DNA from: Octopus bimaculoides
Taxonomy: Eukaryota
Assembly (NCBI RefSeq): GCF_001194135.2
Contig: NC_068981.1
Coordinates: 161,647,672 to 161,711,671 of the forward strand
Direction: 5' to 3'
Length of the DNA stretch: 64,000 nt
Shown: piece after piece, positions 48,951 to 62,190 of the stretch
Layout of the letters: the number at the start of each line of letters is the position of its first letter
How positions within the stretch are numbered: position 1 is the first letter of the stretch
Made by a program: the position numbers and the translations under genes
Notes under the pieces: generated by a model
Told to the model about the DNA's origin: nothing
Seen by the model: only the letters and a program-made list of their open reading frames with translations
Database searches by the model: none

Positions 48951-51900
48951 TTTACAATGACAGAAGACATCTCTCAACCAGATGCCATCAATGAAGAGAC
49001 AGTTTGGATGACGTATATAAGCCAATTAAGCTTAGTCTGTTGCGACAGATCATATGGCATTATTGGAATATTAGAAAGAGGGGTACATATTACCACTAAG
49101 GTTAATGGAGCTATAGTTTAGGGAACACAAATGTTTCCAAAATAATTTCCAAAGGATCTTGTTTTGGGGCTTGTGTCTTTAATGCAACAAACTTGAAAAT
49201 GGTGAGGAACTCTTGCTTGACTGGCTAGTATGGAGCAAATATAAATTTTTTTTTTTAAAGAAAGACATCTTTTTGTTTTCTAAGTTGTCTAACGAAAATT
49301 TTTTCCTCGTCAATTGTTTAGTTTCGATTTTGACAGATCTGAAGATGTCTTGAAGCAGAGAGAGCAAGGTCACAAATAGTGACAAAAGGACTGACAAGAC
49401 AATCTGATTGATTGACAAACTGATTGAATGATTAATCATTGAATGATTAATCATTGATTAGATGGTTTAATAATTCTCTAATAAATAATATTAAAAGAAG
49501 TGAAACAGAACCAGTCCTTGTGTTTATTATTGGCATAATGACCCTCCCAAGATACAAAAAAAAAAATCATGTTGTTTCAGCTATTTTAGAAGTAAATAAT
49601 AAAGTTGGGGAGGCTTAGTGAAAATCTATCAGAGCAAGAATAGTGCTCATTACAAACTTTGTCAACTGGCAAAACTTGAAATGATGATTACCACATAGAT
49701 TATCTGATGGTAGTGTAATTGGTTCAAAGTATTTGAAACTAAACAATTCTTTGGAAGAAAAATTTTCAACGTATATTAGATGTGACACTCATTTTTCAAG
49801 GTAAAAGTCACATTGATAACAAAAAACATAATGGGAATTTCTCAGTAGTTTGGGAATAGATGGCCATTATGATAACATACTGAATAATCATTTGGACATT
49901 GTTTAAGGCTTCTAAAATTGAAAAGGAACACATGCAAGCTTATTGCTTGACAGTCAAAATGAACCCATTAATTGTTTTGTTGATCAAGTTAAGAAAGGCT
50001 ATTGTAAATCATCATCATCATCATCATTTAACGTCCGCTTTCCATGCTAGCATGGGTTGGATGATTTGACTGAGGACTGGTGAACCAGGTAGCTACACCA
50101 GGCTCCAATCTGATCTGGCAGAGTTTCTACAGCTGGATGCCCTTCCTAACGCCAACCACTCCGAGAGTGTCGTGGGTGCTTTTACGTGCCACCGGCAAGA
50201 AGGCCAGTTAGGCAGTACTGGCAATGGCCACGCTCGAAATGGTGTATTTTACGTGCCACCTGCACAGGAGTCAGTCCAGCGGCACTGGCAACGATCTTGC
50301 TCAAATGTCTTTTCACGTGCCATTACGTTGGTAATGATCACGCTCAAATGATGCTATTTACGTGCACGCTCGGATGGTGCTCTTAGTCCTCCATTGGTAC
50401 AGGTGCCATCACGATTTCGCTTTCGCTTGCTCCAACAGGTCTTTGCAAGCCGAGTTTAGTTTAGTGAATGTGAATATACAAAATGTTACAGTATGGTTGT
50501 GAATGTAACTCTTGATTCAGCGTATATAGAACAAAATGTTTATCTTAACAAATTTACTAGCCAATATGGAGTAAAAGAAAAGCTTCTTGGTTTTGTTAAC
50601 TGTAATCAAAAGGAAATCAATACTATAGTCGAACTGATACTTGATAGTATTAAAAAAAAAAAAGAACTAACAAAAGAAGAAAACAAAATACCAACATGAT
50701 ATTTCATTCTCTACGTGTTATGTTGAAGGTTTTGATAATAAGAGTAACATATCTGGACAGTATATAATGGTTGTCAAGCAATTCCCAAACTGTTTCCAAT
50801 CCATTGGTTGTATTTTCTCTTTGAACTTGTCACAGTCTCAATTTAGGCAGAGTTAGAGCTGCAAAATGTTGCATTGAATTTACTGCTGTTCAGAATGTCT
50901 ACGATATATTTAGCAGTATTCTTTCATAATAGCTCAATCTGAAAACATTACCTTAAAGTTTCACAGCATGGTGCCTGATACTCGATGGTTTACAATAAAG
51001 CAATTATGTTCTTGCTTTGTCTAAATCTAATTCTGGAAACATTTTCAAACACAAGAAGTATTCAAACTTATTTAAATTCCTTTGCTTGCATTGTGAGGGC
51101 ATCAATTTGGATAAAAATTGTAACAGCAATTCACCATTGTAATGTTTCCTTGAAACCAGGAATGCTACAACTGATATGGAATTGAATTATTGGAAATCAA
51201 AATGAAACAGTTTTCTCAATGAAGTTAAAGGAGGTTGCTGCAAACATTGGAAGCTCAAATGAATTTTCCAATAAAAGACAAATGAAAAAAATTCTTAAAA
51301 ACTTGGCAGGTAAAATCGTTGGATATACTTATTCTACCACAGAAAACAGGTTTAATGGAGATATATTTTATACTGTATTTGATTTGGTAATTTCAAATAT
51401 TTCAAGATGTTTCAATGCTGTATCTTATTTCAATAAAGTGTTTGGATGCATTTTAGAAATACTCTGAAATAGAAACTGAAAAAAAATTGAGCACCAAAGT
51501 TAATCAACTATGTGATACAATATCGACATAATATGAAAGATGAAATATTCCATTTAAAATAAATACATGAATCAAATATTTCTCCAAACTCAATTCCACC
51601 AATTGAATTATTAAGCAAACTTAGTTGCATATTGAAGTAGCATTCCTCAGATATCAACTTTCTATAAGACACAGTACTGCACAAGATTGTATTGGTCTGC
51701 CAGTTTTAAAATGCATGATATCACGAGAGTTGTGCTAACATTGTTTACATTCATTGCAAAGAAAGTAAGGAACTCTTTAATATAAGGGAGAAAAAATTAA
51801 TCTCTTCCTCTATTGTTTATTTCTCCTCTGTAAGACAATCATTACAAAACTGAGCTTTTGACTGGAGTTTAAGTAGTTATAAAACTTTGAATAGTTTGTT

Positions 51901-52080
51901 TCCTATGGGTCATAAAAGATTTTTCAGCAGTTTAGCTTGTATTAAGAATGTTATGAGATCAGCAGTGTGTCAAGATAAATTATCTAGTCTGACGATCTTA
52001 GCTGTTAAATCAACTTTCATATGTGAATTATAATTGTCTTTACTTATCATAAATTATAAGTCTTTACTTATAAAACTAGA
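48950..52080 (+). pseudogene. Fossil hAT transposase (ZMYM1-like/TTF-finger, DUF4371 type)
   Basis: DWLVWS..FCF..C (~49220); NGNF..HYDNILNNHL (~49830); EKLLGF (ORF 50493); GFDN.SN.SG (~50728); DTRW (~50977); C-terminal dimerisation-like KRFFSSL..IKNVMRSAVCQDKLSSL.IL (~51910-52010); many stops. Confidence 0.8.
50009..50458 (-). mobile_element. Retroposon family C inserted in the hAT fossil
   Basis: (CAT)n end and intact internal modules. Confidence 0.88.
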
Positions 52081-53498
52081 AAAGTTCCTTTTAATTCATT
52101 TTTACAACCATTTTTCCATGCTAGCATGGGTTAGATGAGTATATTATTGACAGATTGTTTTACAGTCACTGTCCCTTACCTGTTTTTCGAATAAGGGATC
52201 TTTCATTCTACATGTTGCATTATGTAGTCATGGATACATTGAGAAATCAACATGATGGTCATGGCTGAAAAGCTTTTGATCATAAGTCTGCATGATCTAG
52301 TCTGACCAGTAACTAAACAACAATATGTTATAGAAATGGCTAACAGGGATTCAAAGTTCAGAATCTAACTAAATGACAACAATACATAACAGATTTAGTC
52401 TGAAGAACAGAAATGGCTAACAGTGATTCAGAATTCAGAACCTAACTGAATTTGGGATTAAAAAAATTTCTAATCCCTCAGAAAGAAAACAACAGCTGTT
52501 CAAACAAGTATTTACAACTATACTCTATCTTTTCAATGGTTAATAACTATGCTCCTTTAAGTTGTAAAGTCTAAATACTGTGACATCATTAGATCAGTAC
52601 ATAGCTTCCAAACACAACACATGAACCAGTGTCGGAGATTCTATATTGTTGTCCATTGTAGTCCAAATCTCCCTCAAGCCACACATTCCAAAATTATTAA
52701 TATTAATATTATTTATGCCTTGCAACCATATGGTTCTGGTTTCAATCCCAGTTTGTGACACTTTTAGTGTTGTCTCAGGTTGACCAATATCTTTTCGATA
52801 AAATTTACTAAGAAACTGTGCAGAAGCCTATTGCATGCGTGTATGTGTGTGTGTGTGCGTGCATGTGTGTTTGCACTTATGAATACATAAGAATGATGTC
52901 TATTTTGTATTTAGGCCATTACTACAATTGGTAATTCTGAAAATATGAAGAGGAAAAATTACAATAATGTGACAGTATAAACATAAGACTAGAACACGTT
53001 ACAGAATCAAACGCAACATTCTCTTTGCTTATCTCTGTCACTAGTAATATTTCTGATAAAGTGAATTTAAATAAAAGCAGTGACTTAAAAATTATTATCA
53101 TCATCATTGCTTTAATGTCTCCTTTTCCACGATTGCATGGATTAGATGAAGATTATTGGGGCAGATTTTTCTATGGCTGGATACCCTTCCTGTCACAAAC
53201 CCTCACCTGTTTCCAAGCAAAGTAATGTTTCCTTCTGGCCAAACCTGTTTTCACAAAATATTGGAAACGAATGATATTGCTTGTAGGACAGTGATGCTCA
53301 TTTACAACTATTATGTGATGTCAAGACAAGGAGATACACATTCAGACACAGTCTTGGGGTTAATTTGTTCGACTAAAACCCTTCAAGGTAGTGCTCCAGT
53401 ATGGCCACAGTCAAATGACTGAAAGAAGTAAAGAATAAAAGAATACATGCAAATAATGATGAGGATATATATAAATAGGGTGATGAGATGATGATATA

Positions 53499-53950
53499 TC
53501 ATCATCATCATCATTTAATGTCTGTCTTCCATGCTAGCATGGGTGGGACAGTACCACAAAAGCCAGCCAGGCCAAAACCTGCACCTGACTTCTGTGTCTG
53601 TTTTGGCAGGATTTTTACAGCTGGATGCCCTGCCTAACACCGACCACTCAGCAGAGGGGACTTAGTGCATTTTACATGGCACAAGCACAGGCAAGGTGAG
53701 TAGTGCTTTTTTTGTGGTACAAGCACAGGTAAGGTCAGTTTTAGTAAGGTTTTTACAGCTGGATGCCCTTCTGAAAACCAACCACTTTACAGTATGGACT
53801 GGTTGCTTTTAAGTGGCAACTACACTGACAGACTCACTAATTACTTGCAAGGCATTGAAAAAAAACAAAAACTTCTAAGAGGGGAGGAGGCATTGGAGGT
53901 GGCGATGATGAAAAGGTTATAGTGAGACAGATACAGGTGTCTTGCTGTAG
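53499..53950 (-). mobile_element. Family C variant with internal duplication
   Basis: (CAT)n tail; ttttacagctggatgccct occurs twice. Confidence 0.65.
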
Positions 53951-53979
53951 AGGAAGTACATGGTTACCCAGCCAGAGAG

Positions 53980-54030
<51 letters not shown>
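53980..54030. repeat. (GATA)n microsatellite
   Basis: Direct. Confidence 0.92.
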
Positions 54031-54046
<16 letters not shown>

Positions 54047-54817
54047 TCCGGAATGAAGACAGAAACAGGTGTGCTACTGCAAATAAAATATACAGTTGCC
54101 CAACCAGAGGGTGGTGCAGGAAGAGAGAGAGAGTGGGAGATAGCAGGATAGAGATGGTGGCAAAATGCTGGACATACAAAGAATGGTAATTAGAATATTA
54201 ATGAGATGGTTGAGTAAAGGAAGAGAGAGATATAAATGGTGGTAAGTGCCAAGGCATACCCTTGAGGTTCGAACACCATAATATAAGTGGCAGGATATTG
54301 CGAAGGAAGCGTGATTAAAAAGTGCGAGTAAGTGGGGAAAGACCTGGGTATATATAGAGTTGGAGAGGCTACCAGATAGCAATGATACAGAGGAACAGGA
54401 GTGTGAGGACAGGATTGGGGAGTGAGAGCTAGGCATAGTGTATGAAGGAGGAAATATGAGAACGAGAAGAGATGTAGGTTGGTTTGTTGGAGTAGTATGG
54501 GGGAAAAGTTTTCTTGTTACATGTGGGTGGAACACCCAGGTCAGAGGTTAGCAGATAGCAATAATAGAGTAAATGAGACAGAGTATGTGGATAGAATGCA
54601 CATATAGAATGCATATATATATATATTACTCTACATTTTATATTTGATGTAATGTTTACATTGCTCAATTAAATGGAGTTGCATGAAACAATCGTACTGC
54701 ATTACCTTTGGATATCCTTGTTGCTTATTTTGATTTTAATCACCTTATTTTGAAACTGTATGGATAACACCATACTAAATTCTGGTGCCTAAGCTTAAGT
54801 ACCATATTCACCTGAAT

Positions 54818-54873
54818 CTATCTATCTATCTATCTACCTACCTACCTACCTACCTACCTACCTACCTACCTAC

Positions 54874-54925
<52 letters not shown>

Positions 54926-54980
54926 ATATATATAGAGAGAGAGACAGAGAGAGAGAGAGAGACAGAGAGACAGAGAGAGA
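54818..54980. repeat. Compound (TCTA)/(CCTA)/(GA) microsatellite
   Basis: Direct. Confidence 0.92.
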
Positions 54981-55050
54981 TAGAGAGAACAAGCTTCCTT
55001 CAGTTTCTTTCTACCAAATCCACTTGTATGGATAGCCTGGGGCTATAGTA

Positions 55051-55267
55051 TGAGGGGATGCTGAAAAGTTCCTGGCTTTAGGGGTATTGCAAAAGGCCTA
55101 GTTGGAGGCCCAACTTTCCGAGATCTTTTACAAGGCTTAATAAAACTGAAGGACCACTGCAATAAGTGTGTGAATCTAAGAGGGGAATATGTTTTATAAA
55201 ATCAGAATTAACTGATCCTCCTGTATTTTCTTATACCCAAAGCCAGGAACTTTTCAGCACTCCCTTG
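55051..55267 (+). mobile_element. Classical mariner-derived MITE inside a family A SINE
   Basis: TIR tgaggggatgctgaaaagttcctggcttt vs aaagccaggaacttttcagcactcccttg; residual C-terminus HCNKCVNLRGEYVL*; sits at the TA of ggctatagTAgaagacac. Confidence 0.82.
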
Positions 55268-55859
55268 TGGACGACACCCAAGATTTATATTTAGAAAGAA
55301 TCCTACTAAGTAACTTTTTTTTTTTAATCATAAAAGTAGAAAGTTGCTTCTAGTAATGTTTGTACTGGTTCATTTTGAGGAAGAGTACACTCGACTTAGA
55401 GTGCTCACTGTTGAACAACAGATAGTTCTCAACGGTCTTCATGAATTTGCTGATTTTGATATTAGTCAGCACTTGTTGGATTAATTATGACAGAATTCTT
55501 TAAGGTGTTTGAGTCACAACAAGAATGGAATTTAAGATCATTGCTGAATTGTTAAAGTAAAGTTTTATTCTGACTTTGTATATATGATTTCAATAGGCAG
55601 TAGTCTAGACCAGTCTTTATATACTTAAGATTAGACTCTAAAGAGATTTGCATTGTTTAATAAAATTGAGAGAGGTTGTAAGACTCTGCTGTCTCTCTTT
55701 AATTTCTCTCCTCTGAATGTTTTCCTGTAATGTTGGATTTTTCTTTTTCCCATGGCAAGTTTTTTGCAGTATTTTCCTCTGTACATAGGAATATGAACGT
55801 GTCATCGCAACAGCTGCCATGTTCTGTGAGTGGATCAAGGTATGTGGCGGCTTCATGTC

Positions 55860-56135
55860 AAGTGAAGGCATATGGCCTAGTGTTTAGGTTGTTGCACTCA
55901 CAATCACTAGATCATGAGTTCAATTCCCAGACATTGTGTTCTTGAGCAAAACATTTCAATTCATGTTGCTCTAGTCCTCCATTATTAAATCAGGGGGAAT
56001 GTCAGCTTGTTCGCTTGTTCACCTTGCCAGTGAGGTGGCATCATTTGAAACCTAAAACCATGCAAATGTACATTGTGACCAGGAATGTGTATGGAACATC
56101 TGATAGCCTGGTCAGTCATGTGATCACATGACATA
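55860..56135 (+). mobile_element. CORE-like SINE (family E)
   Basis: ggcctagtgtttagg head, tgtgttcttgagcaaaacatttc core, tail ending catgtgatcacatga. Confidence 0.6.
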
Positions 56136-56609
56136 GAAATATACTTTTCTAATAATTTCCAGTTATTTAAGTAATTCTTTCAGAGCTGGCAGGATAGTTA
56201 GTGTTGGACAAAACGCATAGCAGAATTTCTTTTGGCTCCTTACGTTCCAAGCTCATCCTTTTGGTGTTGATGAAATAAGTACCATTTGAACATGTAATCA
56301 GCTTGCCCACTACCCTCAAAGATTGCTGGTCTTGTGCCAAAATTAGAATTATATTAATAAAATCAATTTATCCTGGGATCTATCTATTGATTTTGTTATC
56401 TGTTATCTCTAATAAATAGGGGATGTTCAACATCTACCAAAAGTTAAGCTATTTTTCAAGTGCCACTTGCAGAGAGCTTCTTCCTTTGAAGAGAATGTTT
56501 CTTGCTATATTTTATGAGGTGTGTGTTTGCCAGGCTATATAGACATGAAATCCTTTATTATGTCCATATATGCACTCCACTAGTAACATTTTGGTATTTA
56601 TATTTGGTG

Positions 56610-56998
56610 CTGTTGTTGTTGGCACTCCGTCGCTTACGACGTCGAGGGTTCCAGTTGATCCGATCAATGGAACAGCCTGCTCGTGAAATTAACATGCAAG
56701 TGGCTGAGCACTCCACAGACACGTGTACCCTTAACATAGTTCTCGGGGATATTCAGCATGACACAGTGTGACAAGGCTGACCCTTTGAATTACAGGCACA
56801 ACAGAAACAGGAAGTAAGAGTGAGAGAAAGTTGTGCTGAAAGAGTACAGCAGGGTTCGCCACCATCCCCTGCCGGAGCCTCGTGGAGATTTAGGTGTTTT
56901 CGCTCAATAAACACTCACAATGCCCAGTCTGGGAATCAAAACCTCGATCTTATGACTGCGAGTCCGCTGTCCTAACCACTGGGCCATTGCACCTTCAC
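56610..56998 (-). mobile_element. SINE family D, full length, 11-bp TSD
   Basis: tatatttggtg at 56599-56609 and 56999-57009. Confidence 0.93.
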
Positions 56999-57299
56999 TA
57001 TATTTGGTGTATTGCAATATTAAAGCGTATTTATTTGGAAAGCATATGTTTCTTATTCATAACTTGGTCTGTTGTTATCTGTGATAAAATATCTTAATGT
57101 CTCCACCTTACATCAGCCTGGTAGTTGCTGTGTGGGAAAGAAAGTGAGAAAAAGTGTAGATGAACAGCCTGAAGTTTAAAGAAATCTGTTGTTGATGAGA
57201 CTGAACTCTGCTTCATTATCAGAAGATATTTCATTGCATATTCCATTTATGACAAAGGTTCAGTATAGATTTTTAATTAGGCTCTTGGCACCATCTTTT

Positions 57300-57547
57300 A
57301 TCTTGTTTCAGTCATTAGACTGGGGCACCGTCTTGAAGAATTTTAGTCGAATGAATCGACTCCAGTAATTATTTTTTAAAACCTGGTACTTATTTTATTG
57401 GTATCTTTTGCTGAACTACTATGTTACATAGCTGTAAAGACACCAACACTGGTTGTCTAGCATTGGGTGAGTGAGAGGGGATTGGGGCAAATGAAGATAC
57501 ACACACACACTCACAAACACAAACACAGACACTCAGACAGACAGACA

Positions 57548-57581
<34 letters not shown>

Positions 57582-57735
57582 ATGGGCTTCTTTCATATTC
57601 CATCTACCAGATCCACTCACAAGATTTTGGTTGGCCTGAGGCTATAGTGTAAAGCACTTACCCAAGTTGTCACACAGTGGGATTGAACCCAGTGGCATGT
57701 AGTTGGGAAGCAAACTTCTTACTACACAGCCACAC
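57300..57735 (-). mobile_element. SINE family A, diverged
   Basis: Tail, CA repeats and core in reverse order. Confidence 0.75.
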
Positions 57736-57942
57736 TTGATTTTTTTTCTATGACTGGTCAATTGGGATCTCTGTCAATGATGACTAGGTATAGTGAAACT
57801 ATTCCTAGACATGTCTTTATTTTGTGAAACTAATTTGCATGAACAGGTGCAGCAATGGTTGTGTGATTAAGATGCTTGCTTTGCAACCATGTGCAAAGAA
57901 GCAACATGCACCCAACACAGTGGAACTGAATTCAAAACTACC

Positions 57943-58223
57943 GAGCGAGGTTGTTGCCAGTGCCGCTGGATTGGCTCCCGTGCAGGTGGCACGTAAAAAA
58001 CACCTTTTTGAGCATGACCATTGCCAGTACCGTGTGACTGGCCCTTGTGCCGGTGGCACGTAAAGGCACCCACTGCACTCTCGGAGTGGTTGGCGTTAGG
58101 AAGGGCATCCGGCTGTAGAAACTCTGCCAAATCAGATTGGAGCCTGGTGCAGCCTTCTGGCTTGCCAGTCCTCAGTCAAATCGTCCAACCCATGCTAGCA
58201 TGGAAGGCGGATGCTAAACGGTG

Positions 58224-58255
<32 letters not shown>

Positions 58256-58292
58256 GGTGATGATGATGATGGTGATGATGATGATGATGATG
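57943..58292 (+). mobile_element. Retroposon family C with long (GAT/GGT)n tail
   Basis: Matches 1-350. Confidence 0.88.
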
Positions 58293-58479
58293 GCTGGAAA
58301 GTGAGGTTCTTAATCACACAGCAATGCCCGACTCATTTAAAAAGACTTATCTTAACTCATACCTTAACTAAGTAGAATTTGTAAAGCAGCTGCTTTAAAG
58401 AGTGATTTGTCTGCCAATTTTACAACAGAAAGATTCTTTCAAAATAATAATAATGATGATGGACTCTCCGGTCAAAGAC

Positions 58480-58745
58480 AACATATGAGTGATCAGCTTT
58501 TGCCAAATGACCTGCACAAATGATTTGTTTATAGTGATCAAATGTATGTGCCATATACTAGCTTACTCTCTCCATTGGCTGAACAGGTGCAAGGTGTACC
58601 CTGTGTCAGGTGTCAAAGTGATTGCAAAGCAATATGAGATGAAATGTTTTGCTCAAGAACACAACACATTACCCAGTCTAGGAACTGAAACTATAATCCT
58701 GTGATTGTGAGTGCAACACCCTAATCACTAGGCCATGCATCCTCA
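58480..58745 (-). mobile_element. CORE-like SINE with yet another tail
   Basis: tgaaatgttttgctcaagaacacaac...ccctaatcactaggccatgc. Confidence 0.6.
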
Positions 58746-58748
58746 CTC

Positions 58749-58786
<38 letters not shown>

Positions 58787-58789
58787 CCT

Positions 58790-58970
58790 ATCTACTAAAG
58801 ACACAAGGCCTGAAATTCGGTTGGAGGGGACTAGTTGATTACATTCATCCCTGAAAGGGATGAAAGGCAAAGTTGACCTCGGCATAATTTGGACTCAGAA
58901 TGTAACGACAGACGAAATGCCACTAAACATTTTGCCCGACATGGTAACAATTCTGCCAGCTTGCTACCTT
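58790..58970 (-). mobile_element. SINE family B between (TAA)n tracts
   Basis: aaggcctgaaatt..., gaaaggcaaagttgacctcggc, ctgccagc. Confidence 0.75.
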
Positions 58971-59007
58971 ATTAATGATAATAATAATAATAATAATTAT
59001 AATAATT

Positions 59008-59038
<31 letters not shown>

Positions 59039-60658
59039 TAATAATAATAATAATCATCCTCATGCTTGCATGGGTCAGATGGAATTTGTTGAGGCAAATT
59101 TTCTTTGGCCAGATACCCTTCCAGTCATCAACCCTCACCTGTTTCCATGTGAGGTAGTATTTTCCCATGGTCATGTTTCTCATGGAACACTTGAAACCAA
59201 CAACATCTCTTGTATGATGGTGATGCTCATTTACACTTGTCACATGATGTCAAAGCAATGGCACACGCAAACACATGCACACATATATGCTTGGCTTCTT
59301 TTAGTTTCTTTCTACCACATCCATTCACAAGGCTTTGGTTGACCTGGGGCTATACTAGAAGACACTTGTTCTGTTTAACTGAACCCAAAACCACATGGTT
59401 AAGCCTTTTAACCACACAGTCACACCTGCTTGTTAGCTATGCCTGCACTTTATCCATACCACACCACAGTAACCATAATATTTTTGGAAAATCCAGGAGT
59501 CTATGCCTTTCCTAGACCAGTCAGTCTTTAACCAAGCATATAGATTTATTTTTTCATCAACTATTTATGCATCCTTTTCATTTTTATATTATTTTGTTTT
59601 GATTTTTGAAATAGGTGTTTTATAATCCATCATTTTAATAAATGACTGAGTCTAGTTGAAGCAGTCATTGGAATGGTTGAATATTGCAAACCACATTAAA
59701 TACATATGAAACATAGCAAATATGTTCAAATCATGAGCATATATCAGTAACAGTTATGGTAATTCTACTTGTAGTTGCTAATGGACAGACATTATTTGGT
59801 GCTATTTCAAAATCCATAAACTTCCTGACTTCAGGATATATAAACATTGCAGGATCAAGTGTTATGCAGTGTTTGCTGTTTAGATGAAGCCATTTGGAGA
59901 CTCGGAAAGCATATTTTTCTCCAAGTTATTGGTCAATGAATCCACATGAAAACTTCTATCACCCTACACTACAAGGATACCTCTATAAAATATCTAGGCC
60001 AGCTAGAAATAGCCCCTGACTCTCTTACAAATTGCAGTAAGTTGTCTTAAGAAGAAAAAAAAAAGAAAACATTGAACTACATTGTCCTGGATGTACCAGA
60101 AAGACAGGCTGCTCACAGTTAAGATATCTTTGATCATAGATCTGTTTGATTGAGGTTGATTTAGAATTAAATAACAATTTACTCTGTGGAGAATTAAGCA
60201 TCATACTGCTTACAAAATAAGAGTATGGTTGATTTTTTGATTGGTGGTCCATTTGTCTAGAGATTAAATTATTCACATTCTCATACATTATATTTCTGGT
60301 TAAAGGATAAATGAAACACAAAAAATCTGACAGTCCACAATACCCACATGAGGAATATAGCTGAGGAATACAAAGAGGTTATCCAACACTTCAACAGTTT
60401 CTTCATCTTTGGAAGTGTTTCCAAATTAGTACGCTAGTGATAGTCTGTAAGGATAGTCACTTGAACTGGAAAGTCAATGGTGATTTATATAGGATTGAAT
60501 TGGATTGGAAGGTCAGTTCAAATAATTAAACTGACCTATGATCTAAAGTATTGCAATCATGACCGATGTTTTTTTTTGTTCTTTTTGTTTCTGGAATAGT
60601 GTGCTGTGGAGTACATTATTCAGTGCATCCTTTTCAAAGATGATTGGGTGCAGTTTAA

Positions 60659-61120
60659 CCCTTTTGATACCAGCCCACCTGAAACCACCTCTGACTCTGT
60701 AGTACAAATGTCTTGTTTTCAAAGGCTCTGAGTTAAAATCTTCTGCCAGACCATAGTCTTTTATGTTCCTAACACTAGCTTAATGATAACTAAGTTCATC
60801 ATCATCATCGTTTAACGTCTGCTTTCCATGCTAGCATGGGTTGGACGATTTGACTGAGGATTGGTGAAACCAGATGGCTACACCAGGTTCCAATCTGATT
60901 TGGCAGAGTTTCTACAGCTGGATGCCCTTCCTAATGCCAAACACTCTGAGAGTGTAGTGGGTGCTTTTACGTGCCACCAGCACGAAGGCCAGTTAGGAGG
61001 TATTGGCAACGGCCATGCTTGAAATGGTGTATTTTACGTGCCTACTAAATTCTTTGTTATATTTAAAAATTAATCGAAAGAAACACAGAGTATGTCAAAA
61101 GAAATATGGTAACAAAAGGG
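60659..61120. mobile_element. piggyBac-like MITE carrying a nested family C copy (60797-61042)
   Basis: TTAA|cccttttgatacca ... tggtaacaaaaggg|TTAA (13/14 TIR match). Confidence 0.82.
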
Positions 61121-62004
61121 TTAAAGGAGATTTGGTTGCTATTTCTTACCAGTTGATATCGTAGTGGTGTGAGATGATGTGGAAGTTAACATTTCAAACA
61201 TGATTCCTCATCTGTACTTCTTATCATGATGCTTTGCTTTTATTTTTATTCCTTCGTCTATGCAATCACATTGCTAAAGATAGTTGTGACAAAGATTACC
61301 TCATTCGCCCATACAGAAACCTTGACAACCAGGTGCAGTTTATAGTCACAGAGAAAGCAACTAGGTGCAGACATATAAACATGTACGCTGACATGCAGAC
61401 ACACACATACACATACATACTTATGTGCCTCCAAGCTATCATGTTGTGTAGAAAATGTCAGTTATGTTGAAGAAGATATTTTGCTGTGTAGAATGCATGC
61501 AAGAAATTACAATGCTATGAGACATGATGTCAATGAAATGCACACAAACACACACATACACACACACATGTAATAACAAAAATGCTAAAAACTGCTCAAT
61601 TAAGCTATAGTTCATTTTATTAGTTACTCAGTTATTTTCCTTATTGGATATTTTATTTTTTATGTAATAAATCATATATTATGGATTGTTAATCATATTT
61701 TGCTGATAACTGACTATTAAAAGATTTGATTATCAATAATCTTTTAATATGATTGTTAATGATAAACTAAAACTACCAAAGCTAATTCAACATTCATCTT
61801 TACACAAAGTGAGATAAGCTACATGATTATGGAGTGGTTTAATTTAAAGTTTCTAGATTTAATAATTAAACAATCTTTTCTGTTAATTTGATTGTTAATA
61901 ATAAAACTAAAACTAACCAAAGCATATTTAACGTTTATCTCTGTAAAATACGATAAAACTACAGTGTGTTGATAGAATGGTTTAAATTAGTTAATAGATG
62001 TTAG

Positions 62005-62190
62005 CTCAGGCATGGCTGTGTGGTAAGAAGTTTGCTTCCAACAAAATGGCTCTTGGCTCAGTCTCACTGCTTGACATGTTGGGTAAGTGTCTTCTACTAT
62101 AACCTCAGGCCGATCAAAGCATTATGAGTGAATTTTGTAGAAGGAAGCTGACAGAAATCCATTGTGAGTATGTGTGTGTGTGTGTGTGTG
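62005..62190 (+). mobile_element. SINE family A head/core, diverged
   Basis: ggctgtgtggtaagaagtttgcttcc...gtgtcttctactataacctc. Confidence 0.75.

Noticed and set aside
54030-54540. 153-aa minus-strand ORF
   Set aside because: Low-complexity S/L/P composition from a purine-skewed tract; no domain; possibly upstream part of the adjacent family C variant
61150-61215. Minus-strand start exon MFEMLTSTSSHTTTIST|gtaaga
   Set aside because: Donor lies in the end of a dispersed repeat (agaaatagc..ccaaa, also at ~9715, ~37640, ~60005)
61690-61980. Diverged ~140-bp local duplication (also a 78-bp-period one at 52331-52452)
   Set aside because: Ordinary AT-rich tandem duplication with no further structure
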